From assembly GCA_035285025.1 (NCBI GenBank), contig JAYKHY010000064.1, positions 5,895-69,894 of the forward strand: a stretch of DNA of 64,000 nucleotides, given 5' to 3'. Position 1 is the first letter of the stretch; each line of letters opens with the position of its first letter. Below, in pieces: positions 1 through 9,267 of the stretch. The notes beneath the pieces were generated by a model, which saw only the letters and a list, made by a program, of their open reading frames with translations, had not been told where the DNA came from and did not search any database. The DNA comes from Vampirovibrionales bacterium (GTDB lineage: Bacteria > Cyanobacteriota > Vampirovibrionia > Vampirovibrionales > JAJTHC01). The position numbers and the translations under genes are program-made.

Positions 1-252
1 GTTGATCATTTACTCGATGTTAACGAAGCATTGCAGGCCAAGTTTGTTGAAGAAATTCGCCGCGTAACGCCTGATTTTAATCAAAGAGGCCCGTTACTAC
101 ATAGGCTATATAACTCCCCTTATAAACCTCAATTTTTTGCCGCTAAAGCACTGCCAAAAGTAATCCAGGCCATCAAAGACCCCGCCAAAAAAGCTGCCGC
201 ACAGCGCATTTGGCTCATTAACACCGATAACTCGTTAGGAAAAGTATTTTAA
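1..252 (+). CDS. 3' end of an unidentified protein-coding gene (open at the window start)
   Basis: Frame 1 is open from nt 1 to the TAA at 250-252. The listed ORF 31..252 is only the part after an internal TTG. I recognise no motif. The stop lies 1 nt before the tpiA ATG. Confidence 0.4.
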   Translation, partial: VDHLLDVNEALQAKFVEEIRRVTPDFNQRGPLLHRLYNSPYKPQFFAAKALPKVIQAIKDPAKKAAAQRIWLINTDNSLGKVF

Positions 253-253
253 T

Positions 254-1099
254 ATGCCCCGCAAACCCCTGATTGCCGCTAACTGGAAGTTGGCCAAAAC
301 CCTAACTGAAGCTAAATCGTATTTAGACGCGTTTAAACCCGAACTGAGCGCCCAGCAGATTGATCTGAGCCAGATTGAGGTGCTGCTCGCCCCTACGTCG
401 CTGGTTTTGGGCGCTTTGGTGGGCCAGGCCATGGCCTCTGGCGCCGAGGCCGATGGCTGCCCGTTTAAACGCATGCTCGCTGCGCAAAATCTGGCCGCCC
501 AACCCGAGGGCGCGTATACCGGCGAAGTGTCGGCCAAGATGGTGGCGGATTTAGGCCTGGGTTATGCCATTATTGGCCACAGCGAGCGCCGCAGCCTGTT
601 TGGTGATACTGACGACATTGTTGCCGAAAAGGTAAAACGTGCACTAGAGGCCGGCGTGGCGCCGATTTTATGCGTGGGCGAAACCCTTGAGCAGCGCGAA
701 GCGGGCCAGACGGACGCGGTAATTCGACAGCAACTCAAAATTGCGATCAATTCTTCTGTTGAAGCTATCAATGCTGGTAAAAACGCCTTAGTTATTGCTT
801 ACGAGCCGGTTTGGGCCATTGGGACTGGTCAAACCTGCGACGCCATTGAGGCCGACCGCGTGTGCGGGATGATTCGCGGTGAGCTGACGCAGCTTTTGGG
901 CGAGGCCACCGCCAACACGACGCGCATTCAGTACGGCGGCAGCGTGAAGCCCGAGAACGCGCTGGAGCTGATGCAGCAACCCGAAATTGATGGCGCGCTG
1001 GTGGGCGGCGCAAGTTTGGATCCGGTGTCGTTTGTTAAAATCGTGGCTGCGGCTCAACAGGCGTTGGCTCTAAAGGCACAATGTCCCGTGGCTGTCTAA
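254..1099 (+). CDS. tpiA: triosephosphate isomerase
   Basis: Motifs RKPLIAANWKL, IIGHSERR, AYEPVWAIGTG and YGGSVKPEN. It is somewhat long at 281 aa. Confidence 0.95.
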   Translation: MPRKPLIAANWKLAKTLTEAKSYLDAFKPELSAQQIDLSQIEVLLAPTSLVLGALVGQAMASGAEADGCPFKRMLAAQNLAAQPEGAYTGEVSAKMVADLGLGYAIIGHSERRSLFGDTDDIVAEKVKRALEAGVAPILCVGETLEQREAGQTDAVIRQQLKIAINSSVEAINAGKNALVIAYEPVWAIGTGQTCDAIEADRVCGMIRGELTQLLGEATANTTRIQYGGSVKPENALELMQQPEIDGALVGGASLDPVSFVKIVAAAQQALALKAQCPVAV

Positions 1100-1167
1100 A
1101 ATCCAGTAAAAATCGTTATGCCGGCGCATGCCGGAATCCAGTCCAGGTAACACTGAGAGCAACGCAG

Positions 1168-1653
1168 ATGCTTATGCCTACTTTGACTACTTCCGTCCTA
1201 ACCATCAACGTGCCCATTAAGCGCCTGCCACACGCGCCCGAGGGCCTGCCCGAGTACGCCACGCCGCTATCGGCGGGCATGGACTTGCGCGCCGCAATTG
1301 CGGAACCTATTAAGCTAGAGCCGATGCAACGGGCCCTGATTCCGACCGGCTTGATTTTGATGCTCCCTGAAGGCTACGAGGCGCAGGTGCGTCCGCGCAG
1401 TGGGCTCTCGATTAAGCACGGCATTACATTGATTAACGCCGTGGGCACGATCGACGCCGATTACCGGCACGAACTGATGGTGCCCTTGGTAAACCTGAGT
1501 ACCTCGGTTTACCTGATTACGCCCGCAGAGCGTATTGCCCAACTTTTGGTTGCCCCGGTCACGCGAGTCAATTGGGAATTGCTTTCGGATGAGGCTAGCG
1601 TAGCCATACTAGAGGGTCGCTCGGGCGGGTTTGGCTCTACAGGCTCGATTTAG
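1168..1653 (+). CDS. dut: dUTP diphosphatase
   Basis: Motifs SAGMDLRA, RPRSGL, GTIDADYRHEL and a C-terminal RSGGFGSTG. I placed the start at the ATG at 1168 (MLMPT...); the longer ORF from 1081 overlaps the tpiA end. Confidence 0.9.
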   Translation: MLMPTLTTSVLTINVPIKRLPHAPEGLPEYATPLSAGMDLRAAIAEPIKLEPMQRALIPTGLILMLPEGYEAQVRPRSGLSIKHGITLINAVGTIDADYRHELMVPLVNLSTSVYLITPAERIAQLLVAPVTRVNWELLSDEASVAILEGRSGGFGSTGSI

Positions 1654-1955
1654 CACGATTTGCGTTTTCTGGCCCTAATTAGCCCATCAATCCAGGTATT
1701 TTTGGGGTGATTTTTGCTGTTTTATCGCGTTTAGTAAGGGTCAGGCCATTTACTTGAGATGCGCTTACCTGAGTTTACCCGCGATAAGTATTAAGGCTTT
1801 CTAAGCGAATTTAAATAATTGCTTTTTGCGGGTTAAAGTATAAATAGGCTATCGCATTACCTTGTACTGTTTGGTGCAGCATTCATCGTTAGATTAAGCG
1901 TGTTTTATTAATTTGATTTATTGTTTTGGGTCTGCGTTTTTTGGAGTTTTGGCTT

Positions 1956-2723
1956 ATGACATTCAAGTTCGATTCGCAATCACGGTCTCAGGAGCAGTTA
2001 GGTGCACTGGATAATCTGATTCGTCTGGTGTTTGATACCGCGAATGAAGGCTGTAGCGCGGTGAGAACACCTTTGGAAAAACAAACCAGCGCAGATATTC
2101 TGTCATTTGAATCGGCCAGACAAAAACGCGAGCGTCGTGCGCAGCTGATGGAAGCGCTCGATTCCGAGCGGTTGTCTCAGGAATCCGCCGCGCTGCTAAT
2201 GCGCCAGAACCTTTTGATTGAGCGGCTGACGCAAACGCGTGCTGCGTCTTTATCCGAGGCGCAACTGCGCTGCCTGCAGCAGTTGCAAATGATTAACATG
2301 CAACTGTTTAACGGTGTCATTCAAACGCCCACCCTTAACCCGTGGGAAGTTGAGATGCTGTTGTTCCGTAAAAACATGTTGGCCATGCAGTTTGACCTGC
2401 CGCAGGAGTTTACCCGCGCCGATGGCACCTGCTGGACCCTGATGACGATTAACCGGATTCTTTACAATGCGGTGCTGAGTTGGTCTCATACCATGCAGGA
2501 TGGCTCGAACCCTTTAACGGGCTGGGGCAAAACCTACATGGAGCAGATTCTTACGCTAAAAGAGGGCCTTTCGGGTATTCTGGATGCTGAAGAAGCAGCC
2601 TTTGACGCGTTTTTGGCGTTGCCAGCGGTTTCGTCCTCTGATGTTGCCTCTGGTTTGCCTACTGCTAGCCGGGTTTCGCTCATCGAGCGCCTTAAGCTCG
2701 CTTTTAAAGCGCTTATTGGCTAA
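1956..2723 (+). CDS. hypothetical protein
   Basis: Long ORF with the first ATG at 1956 and a hairpin downstream. I recognise no family motif. Confidence 0.5.
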   Translation: MTFKFDSQSRSQEQLGALDNLIRLVFDTANEGCSAVRTPLEKQTSADILSFESARQKRERRAQLMEALDSERLSQESAALLMRQNLLIERLTQTRAASLSEAQLRCLQQLQMINMQLFNGVIQTPTLNPWEVEMLLFRKNMLAMQFDLPQEFTRADGTCWTLMTINRILYNAVLSWSHTMQDGSNPLTGWGKTYMEQILTLKEGLSGILDAEEAAFDAFLALPAVSSSDVASGLPTASRVSLIERLKLAFKALIG

Positions 2724-2766
2724 GCCGTGCTGTAATAATCTGCCATAAGCCTGTAAATTTATTTTT

Positions 2767-2801
2767 AGCCTTGCCTGGTTACCACTGGGCAAGGCTTTTA
2801 G
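2767..2801 (+). terminator. putative rho-independent terminator after ORF 1956..2723
   Basis: Stem AGCCTTGCC (2767-2775) pairs with GGCAAGGCT (2788-2796) around an 11-12 nt loop, followed by TTTTA. An ATTTTT run precedes it, so it may act in both directions. Confidence 0.5.
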
Positions 2802-2832
2802 GCGTATAAGGCCACAGCGCTTTTAATCGCAT

Positions 2833-2883
2833 CCATTGGCAAAGAGGAGCAATTGGCAAAGAAGAGCAATTGGTAAAGGGGAG
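2833..2883. repeat. 3 x 17-bp tandem repeat (CAATTGGCAAAGARGAG)
   Basis: The units read ccattggcaaagaggag, caattggcaaagaagag and caattggtaaaggggag. They sit in the spacer about 260 bp upstream of flgI. Confidence 0.6.
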
Positions 2884-3139
2884 GGATTAATTAACGGGTA
2901 TAGGGGGTGTAAACGCGATTATTTGCTGCCTTTAGGCGCTTGCGGCAAACATCATCCATGTGAACGAGGCGACAGGGGGGCGGTACGCATCACAATTAAA
3001 ATCAGGATAATGACCTGAAGTAATACGGTTTACGTTGTTTAAAGTCTGTTTTTACCCGGTGTTGCGTCAATGGCCTTCGTAGTCGCGTGATTCCCCTTTA
3101 GTTTGAGTTAACCAACACCTTCATCAGGATTCTTGCAGC

Positions 3140-4255
3140 ATGTTTCGTCGTTTATCGCTTGCAATTTTAAGCCTGGGCCTCTGTTTAACCCTGCTGCCTA
3201 CTTCGTCGCAGGCCGAGGCCGCGCAGTTACGCCTTAAAGATATTGCGCGCGTCAAAGACGTCCGCGATAACCAGGTGGTGGGCTACGGCCTGGTGGTCGG
3301 GCTAAATAAATCCGGCGACCGCAGTCGCTCGACCCAAAGCGCGCAACTCAACCTGATTACCAACATGGGCGGGCGACTCAGTAGCATTAACGATATTCGC
3401 GGGACCAACACGGCGGCTGTTATAGTGACGGCAACGATTCCGCCGTTTGCAAAACCCGGCGACCGGTTAGATGTCACGGTGTCTTCTTTGGCCGATGCGA
3501 ACAGCCTTGAGGGCGGCGTGTTGATTGCGACGCAATTGCAGGCCCCTAACGGCGAAATCGTTGCCGTGGCGCAAGGCCCGGTGTCAACCGGCGGAACTTC
3601 AGTAAGCGCAAACGGCTCCGAAAAACGCACGGCGATTACCACCACGGGCCGCGTGCCCAACGGTGCGATTATTGAGCGCGAGATTATGACCAGCATTGGC
3701 GATGCCAGCGGTCTGGATGTGATTATTGATCGGACGGATTTTACCCTTGCCAACCGCGTTGCAGAAGCCATTAGCAAGCTAACGCCCGCGGCTGCAATGG
3801 ATGGCAGCACCATTCGGGTGCAACTGACCAATGGATGGTCTGAGAACCGGGTGGCGTTTTTATCCAAAATGGAAAATCTGCTTGTTAATACCACGCAGGA
3901 AGTCGCCAAAGTGGTGGTGAACGAGCGCACTGGCACGGTGGTGATTGGCCAGCACGTGCGGCTTTTGCCGGCAGCCGTCGCGCACGGTGGCATTACGGTT
4001 ACGATTTCGACTGAAAACAGTGTCTCGCAAGCAAATCCGTTGGCGCCAGAGGGTGCCGAGACTGTGGGCGTGGGCAATAGCACTATTGATATTCAGGAAG
4101 AAAAAGGACATTTGGTGGCGTTAAAATCCAACTCGACCCTGCAAGACCTGGTGACCGCCCTGAATGCGCTAGAAATTACGCCCAGCGACCTAATTGCGGT
4201 GTTGCAGGCGCTTAAATCCGCCGGGAGCCTAGAGGCCGCGCTCGAGATTATTTAG
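3140..4255 (+). CDS. flgI: flagellar P-ring protein FlgI
   Basis: N-terminal signal peptide, then LRLKDIARVKDVRDNQVVGYGLVVGLNKSGD, which is typical of FlgI. Length is 371 aa. Confidence 0.95.
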   Translation: MFRRLSLAILSLGLCLTLLPTSSQAEAAQLRLKDIARVKDVRDNQVVGYGLVVGLNKSGDRSRSTQSAQLNLITNMGGRLSSINDIRGTNTAAVIVTATIPPFAKPGDRLDVTVSSLADANSLEGGVLIATQLQAPNGEIVAVAQGPVSTGGTSVSANGSEKRTAITTTGRVPNGAIIEREIMTSIGDASGLDVIIDRTDFTLANRVAEAISKLTPAAAMDGSTIRVQLTNGWSENRVAFLSKMENLLVNTTQEVAKVVVNERTGTVVIGQHVRLLPAAVAHGGITVTISTENSVSQANPLAPEGAETVGVGNSTIDIQEEKGHLVALKSNSTLQDLVTALNALEITPSDLIAVLQALKSAGSLEAALEII

Positions 4256-4408
4256 CCTTTCTGGTTAACATTCAGCCTGTCAAGTTTCTCAAAGTAAGCC
4301 GCAAGTTAGTTAGACCGGTTTCAGACGCCCAGTGAGGCCTTTCATGCGCTCGACCGCCATCGCGTTCCCAGGTATTGACGCCCAAAAGCAAATTGACCCA
4401 TTGGAAGA

Positions 4409-4855
4409 ATGTTTATGCAGACCAATTCGATTACGCCAGAACCCAGCCAGAACCTGAACCGGTTTATGCTGGCCCAGCCTGGCCAACAGGTGGGCAAGCT
4501 GGAGCGCGAGCTGAAGACTCGCGAAAACAAGGAAGACCTCAAGAAAACCGCCAAGCAATTCGAAGCGATTTTTGTGCATCAACTTTTAACCGAGATGGAT
4601 AAAGGGATTCAACGCGACGAAGACAGCATTTTTAGCGGTGGCGAGGCCGAGAAAACCTTCCGGGGTCTGATGTATCAAGAAATTGCAACCATGGTTGCCG
4701 ACAGGCCGTTTGAGCAGGGCTTTGGCATTGCAGAAGCCGTGTACCGCCAGGCAGAAAGTTGGCTGCCCGATGATGTTAAGCAGCGTGAGGGGGCTCAAAA
4801 GGCTCCATCCAAGCCAACTGAACACAGTTCGACCGATCAGTCGGCCGTGTTTTAG
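4409..4855 (+). CDS. flgJ: flagellar rod-binding protein (FlgJ N-terminal domain only, no muramidase domain)
   Basis: KKTAKQFEAIFVHQLLTEMDKG matches the FlgJ/rod-binding signature. The gene lies immediately after flgI. Confidence 0.8.
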   Translation: MFMQTNSITPEPSQNLNRFMLAQPGQQVGKLERELKTRENKEDLKKTAKQFEAIFVHQLLTEMDKGIQRDEDSIFSGGEAEKTFRGLMYQEIATMVADRPFEQGFGIAEAVYRQAESWLPDDVKQREGAQKAPSKPTEHSSTDQSAVF

Positions 4856-4931
4856 ATAATACACCACAGATAAAACGTCACAAATAAAAACGCCAGGCAG
4901 AAGCCAGTTTGCGCGGGAGTCGTACAACACG

Positions 4932-5276
4932 ATGCTAGGGAACACGATGATTTCTGGAATCGGGCAGGCAAATGCCGCGTACTGGGCCTCGAGCGCGTCT
5001 GCCGTGCGTCAGTCGGCCCGGGCCACAACAACAGCAGTTCAGCAGGCGCCAGCGTTTGAATTAGCGCCGCAGAGCAAATTCGATAATCCGCTCGATGTTG
5101 AGTTTGATGCCCAGTTTAACGAGCCTTTTGATGCCATGACTGCCGCCAGAGCGCCGCTTGCGCTTGAGGATATTCAGCAGGTTGCGGCGCGGGCGGGGTA
5201 TGTGGGCGTTAGTTCGCAAGATATTCAGCGCGCTTACACGCGCGGCGAAAGTTTGCTAGTGGATTACAGCGTTTAG
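4932..5276 (+). CDS. hypothetical small protein downstream of flgJ
   Basis: The ORF is same-strand as flgI-flgJ. I recognise no motif. Confidence 0.4.
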   Translation: MLGNTMISGIGQANAAYWASSASAVRQSARATTTAVQQAPAFELAPQSKFDNPLDVEFDAQFNEPFDAMTAARAPLALEDIQQVAARAGYVGVSSQDIQRAYTRGESLLVDYSV

Positions 5277-5362
5277 TTTGCGCTATCAGGGCGTCCGGTT
5301 TAGGCGGGCTTGTTTTGCTGCAAGGGCCGCCGGTGCTCCCAGGGGGCCTAAGGCGTTTCCTT

Positions 5363-5680
5363 AAGCTGTAGGTCTTTGCGATAGCGCGCTGCTTTCGCTA
5401 GAAATCTTCCTCAAAAAATTTTCTTTGAGCGCAAAGACCTGCTGATTTTGATGACAACAAGAAAACCTGCGTGTTATGTCTAGAAATCTTCTTCTAAAGA
5501 AAACACTTGTTAGGAAACGTTTTGGAGCGACAAGCTGTAGGTCTTTGCGGTTGCGCGCTGCTCTCGCTAAAAATCTTCCTCAAAAAAATTTTCTTTGAGC
5601 GCAAAGACCTGCTGATTTTGATGCCAACAAGAAAACCTGCGTGTTTTCTCTAGAAATCCTCTTCTAAAGAAAACACTTGT
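5363..5680. repeat. two tandem copies (period 169 bp, 149 bp homologous, about 94% identical) that duplicate the nrdB 3' end and its 3' flank
   Basis: Unit 5363-5511 aligns with unit 5532-5680. Each unit ends with ctagaaatcYtcttctaaagaaaacacttgt, which is the reverse complement of QVFSLEEDF-stop. Each unit also has an internal inverted repeat AGGTCTTTGCG/CGCAAAGACCT. Confidence 0.9.
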
Positions 5681-6936
5681 TTTTCTTTACCCGTCATTAC
5701 GCCGGCTTTTTGGTAGGCACCCACGCGGCACTCGAAAAAATTGGATTTGTTTTGCAGCGAAATGTGTTCCATGAACGGGAACGGATTTTGCGCAAAGTAA
5801 ATCTTCGGGTAGCCCAATTCTGCCACCAGGCGGTCGGCGACAAATTCGACGTATTGGCACATTAGTTTTGCGTTCATGCCAATTAATTCCACCGGAATCG
5901 CCTCGGTAACAAAATGTTTTTCGATATCGACCGCGCTGGTCACAATCTCGCGGATGCGGGCTTCATCGAGCTTTTTAGTGAGCATGCTGTAAAGCAGGCA
6001 GGCAAAATCGCAGTGCAGGCCTTCGTCTCGGCTAATCAGTTCGTTGGAGAAGGTTAAGCCGGGCATTTTGCCGCGTTTTTTAAGCCAGAAAATAGAACAG
6101 AAGCTGCTCGAGAAAAATACGCCCTCTACCAGTGCAAACGCCACCAGGCGCTCGGCGAACGAGTCCGTATCGTTAATCCAGCGCATCGCCCATTCCGCTT
6201 TTTGTTGCACGCAAGGCATGGTGTCTATGGCGTGGAACAGGCGGTGCTTTTCGTACGGGTCCTGAATGTAGGTATCAATCAAGAGGCTGTACATTTCGGA
6301 GTGAATGTTTTCAATCGCAATCTGGAAGCCGTAAAAACAACGTGCCTCGGGGATTTGCACCTCGGTGCTGAATCGGCTGGCCAGGTTCTCGTTTACAATG
6401 CCATCGCTGGCCGCAAAAAACGCCAGAATGTGCGAGATAAAATAACGCTCGTTATCGTTAAGCCCGCGCCAATGCTCTAAATCACTGCTCAGGTCAACTT
6501 CTTCGGCCGTCCAGAAGGAGGCGACGGCTTTTTTGTACATTTCCCAGATGGCGTTGTGCTTAATCGGGAACAGTACAAAGCGTTCCTGAGACGGGGCCAG
6601 CAGGGGCTCGTTCAAAATGCGCGATTTTTGCAGGGCAGCTTCAGCCGTTTCCGATACAAGCGACAATCCTGGTGCGGTTAAAGCACCTGGCGTCAAACTG
6701 GTAAGCGCATCGGCTGCGTGCATGGGCTCGGCATCCTTTCTGGACAACGTATCGAATGATTTTAAAAGCGAGGCGTTTAACTGAGGCAGATCTTCGAGCT
6801 GAAACGGCGGCAGTTCATCAACATCTGCGGCGCTGGCTGTCAGTCCCTCTCGAGTTACAATTGCACTAGGATCCGTCATGGTCAAATTATAGTCCTTAAA
6901 CTGTTCAACGTTTGCGTTATTTGCGTTAAACAACAC
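5650..6936 (-). CDS. nrdB: ribonucleotide reductase class Ia small subunit (R2, eukaryote/chlamydia-like), with an N-terminal extension of about 110 aa
   Basis: [97 protein letters not shown] and a C-terminal FSLEEDF tail. The true start may be an internal Met. Confidence 0.9.
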   Translation of the reverse strand: MLFNANNANVEQFKDYNLTMTDPSAIVTREGLTASAADVDELPPFQLEDLPQLNASLLKSFDTLSRKDAEPMHAADALTSLTPGALTAPGLSLVSETAEAALQKSRILNEPLLAPSQERFVLFPIKHNAIWEMYKKAVASFWTAEEVDLSSDLEHWRGLNDNERYFISHILAFFAASDGIVNENLASRFSTEVQIPEARCFYGFQIAIENIHSEMYSLLIDTYIQDPYEKHRLFHAIDTMPCVQQKAEWAMRWINDTDSFAERLVAFALVEGVFFSSSFCSIFWLKKRGKMPGLTFSNELISRDEGLHCDFACLLYSMLTKKLDEARIREIVTSAVDIEKHFVTEAIPVELIGMNAKLMCQYVEFVADRLVAELGYPKIYFAQNPFPFMEHISLQNKSNFFECRVGAYQKAGVMTGKEKQVFSLEEDF

Positions 6937-6968
6937 ACCTTTAACCGTGGATAATGTCTGTATTAAAT

Positions 6969-8282
6969 TCAGGGCATGCTTGCCGTGTTTTGCGCCCAGA
7001 TTTTAATTTCGTTCCCGCGTACGCACGCCATTTCGGGGTGCCATGCGCCCATTGCCTGATGATGTTGTCTGTCCTGGGTCATCAAGTGTCTGCGGTCGGG
7101 GCGGCGCGCCATTAAATCGCCAATGCGTAACTGGATGGCTTCGAGTTTGAGGACGCGAATGGTGGCTGCCCGGGTGGCTGCGTTCTCGTCTACTGGGGCG
7201 CCAGCGTGCGCGATGCCCCGAAGCTCGCCCCATACCAGAATATCGCCTGCGGCAATTACTTCGCTGCCTGCGTGCACATCGCCCATTACAATCAAGTGGC
7301 CGGGGCTTACAATGCGGCTTCCAGAACGCAGTGTATGGTCTACAACCTGCGTGGGCAAAGTCGGGGGCAACGGGGTTGCTTTAAGTGCTTCGTTTTTTGC
7401 TGCTGCCATCGTCGGCATTTCTGGCGCGTGTAACTCAGGTTCGTCGTTGGCCTCGGCTTTAGGCTCGGGCTGTGTTAACTCCTGCGCGAGCGCATCAAAC
7501 AACTGCAGATTGTTTTCAGCAGCAGGCGATTCATATTTAATTTCCTCAGGCAATACCTGATGCAGCGCTTCGTGCGAAGTTTCATTTAAATCAATGGATT
7601 GTGCGATGAATTCCGGCTCGGGTTGCGCTGGCACGGGCAGAAATGCCTGCATGGTTTTGCTATCGGGCAGGGCGTCTCGCACCGAAAACCCTTCGGCAAT
7701 TGCGGCAAGCTGGGTTTGCGGCACCAGAATCAATGCAAACGCTATGGGCACGCCTGCGGCTTCGATCATGGCTTTCATCCGCCGAATAACAGCCTGGGTG
7801 AGCATCAGCGTGCCCAAATCCAGAATACAGTAATGCTCGCCTTCCTGAATGCCAAGCGGAAGGGTGGCAAGTAAAAATTCCAGCCGGTTCAGGGCGTCTA
7901 TAGAGCTGCGCGCGTTGCTGAGATCCAGCACGGGCAAGCCTTGCGCGTGATCAAAGCCCGAGGCTTGCAGCGTTTGCGCGTAATTATCGGCTGTTTCGGG
8001 TTGCGAGGGCATCGCAGAAAAATGATAGTTCAGCGTTTTCATGGCAGGTAAAGACGAGGGCGTCGCATGTAAATCAGAAGCAGGCTGGGCTGGCGGCGTC
8101 TCTAGCCAGTAGGCGGGCGATTGTCTGTGGGCAGTCGCAGAGCGCTGCGCCGAAGCTTGCGCGGCATTTTGGCCAGAGAACGTGTTGGCTGTTGCGCCCT
8201 TGCGCGAAAGGGCATCGCTCAGGGCGTCCAGAGCAGCGTTAGGGTTTGATGGCGTGTAAGACATAAATTTTGTTTCTCTCAT
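6969..8282 (-). CDS. minC: septum site-determining protein MinC with a long low-complexity N-terminal region
   Basis: The C-terminal beta-helix domain [44 protein letters not shown] aligns with the E. coli MinC C-terminus. Length is 437 aa. Confidence 0.8.
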   Translation of the reverse strand: MRETKFMSYTPSNPNAALDALSDALSRKGATANTFSGQNAAQASAQRSATAHRQSPAYWLETPPAQPASDLHATPSSLPAMKTLNYHFSAMPSQPETADNYAQTLQASGFDHAQGLPVLDLSNARSSIDALNRLEFLLATLPLGIQEGEHYCILDLGTLMLTQAVIRRMKAMIEAAGVPIAFALILVPQTQLAAIAEGFSVRDALPDSKTMQAFLPVPAQPEPEFIAQSIDLNETSHEALHQVLPEEIKYESPAAENNLQLFDALAQELTQPEPKAEANDEPELHAPEMPTMAAAKNEALKATPLPPTLPTQVVDHTLRSGSRIVSPGHLIVMGDVHAGSEVIAAGDILVWGELRGIAHAGAPVDENAATRAATIRVLKLEAIQLRIGDLMARRPDRRHLMTQDRQHHQAMGAWHPEMACVRGNEIKIWAQNTASMP

Positions 8283-9267
8283 TATCTAGGCGATGCCGAC
8301 CCTGATAACTTGGCTCATTTAGTCGTGTTATTGCGTTGTGTTTTTAGTTGGAGACAGGAGGTTTGACTAAAAAACCAATATAAGAATACTGACAACTGTT
8401 TAAGGCAACTGCTTCGGTGTAATTATTTTCGTGACGTCCAGAAAAAACGTATCGCATCTGCGTGTTTCGCGTTTGTCGCTTAACGCTACGGTGCAAGTCA
8501 TCTTGTGCTTGCGTGCATTCCGGTTATCTTGAAAACGGCTATTTTAGTATGTGTTTTGAATACTACTCTGAAATAGTGTGTGCTTGCTAAATGGTAGTAA
8601 TTGCGTGTGTTGAGTAGGTGTATTATTACACTAGTTTAGGGGGTTGGCAAATGCGTAATAAGGCGCTTAAACTGTTTGCCCGCTTTAAATTAACGACTTT
8701 AAAAAGCTTTAAAAGTCATCGATACAGCGCTCACCGAGTTGCGTTGCGTAAGCGCTTGAATTTGTGTGCGTCTTAACCCTCTACGACCAAAAAAAGGAAT
8801 TTAGGCGATCAAGGCCTGTACTTTTTTATGCTTGAACTAGACCACTGAGGCTCATCGGGAACTAGAGATGCTACTTACTTGAGTGTTTTGTTTTTATTTA
8901 GGTGATGCACCCTGTTTTAGCTGAACGCTCAGACGTTTTGCAGGATAAATCAGTTGAATGATTAAAACCCGCGACGGCGAGTTTGATGCGTTGCGTTTTT
9001 TGGCTTAAAGAGCCCTTGATTAAGCGTTACGCGCGTAAAATATTAGCGCATTTGCGTGCTGAACGCTTTTTTAAACAGCTTAAACGTCAGGCCTCATCGT
9101 AACATTCTTGGGGTGGCGGGGAGGCAAAAAAGGATTCAAATATAACAAAATGACGCCCGTCATACGATGAAAGGCCGGTTGGTCAGATTGGCGTTTGCTT
9201 TTGCCGGCAAGGCTCTTGAGCGCTTGGCATAGCTATTGCGCGTGCCGTTCGTTATAGTAGTGATATT

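Noticed and set aside
3283-4083. Long antisense or overlapping ORFs inside well-supported genes. Examples: 3283..4083 in flgI, 12140..12538 in hisB, 21635..22244 in pfkA, 26300..26641 in atpF, 34469..34897 in trpE and 61179..61963 in pheS.
   Set aside because: They lie entirely within genes that have strong family motifs on the other strand or frame. They have Arg/Ala/Ser/Cys-rich shadow-ORF composition and no recognisable motif. They are typical artefacts of moderately GC-rich coding DNA.
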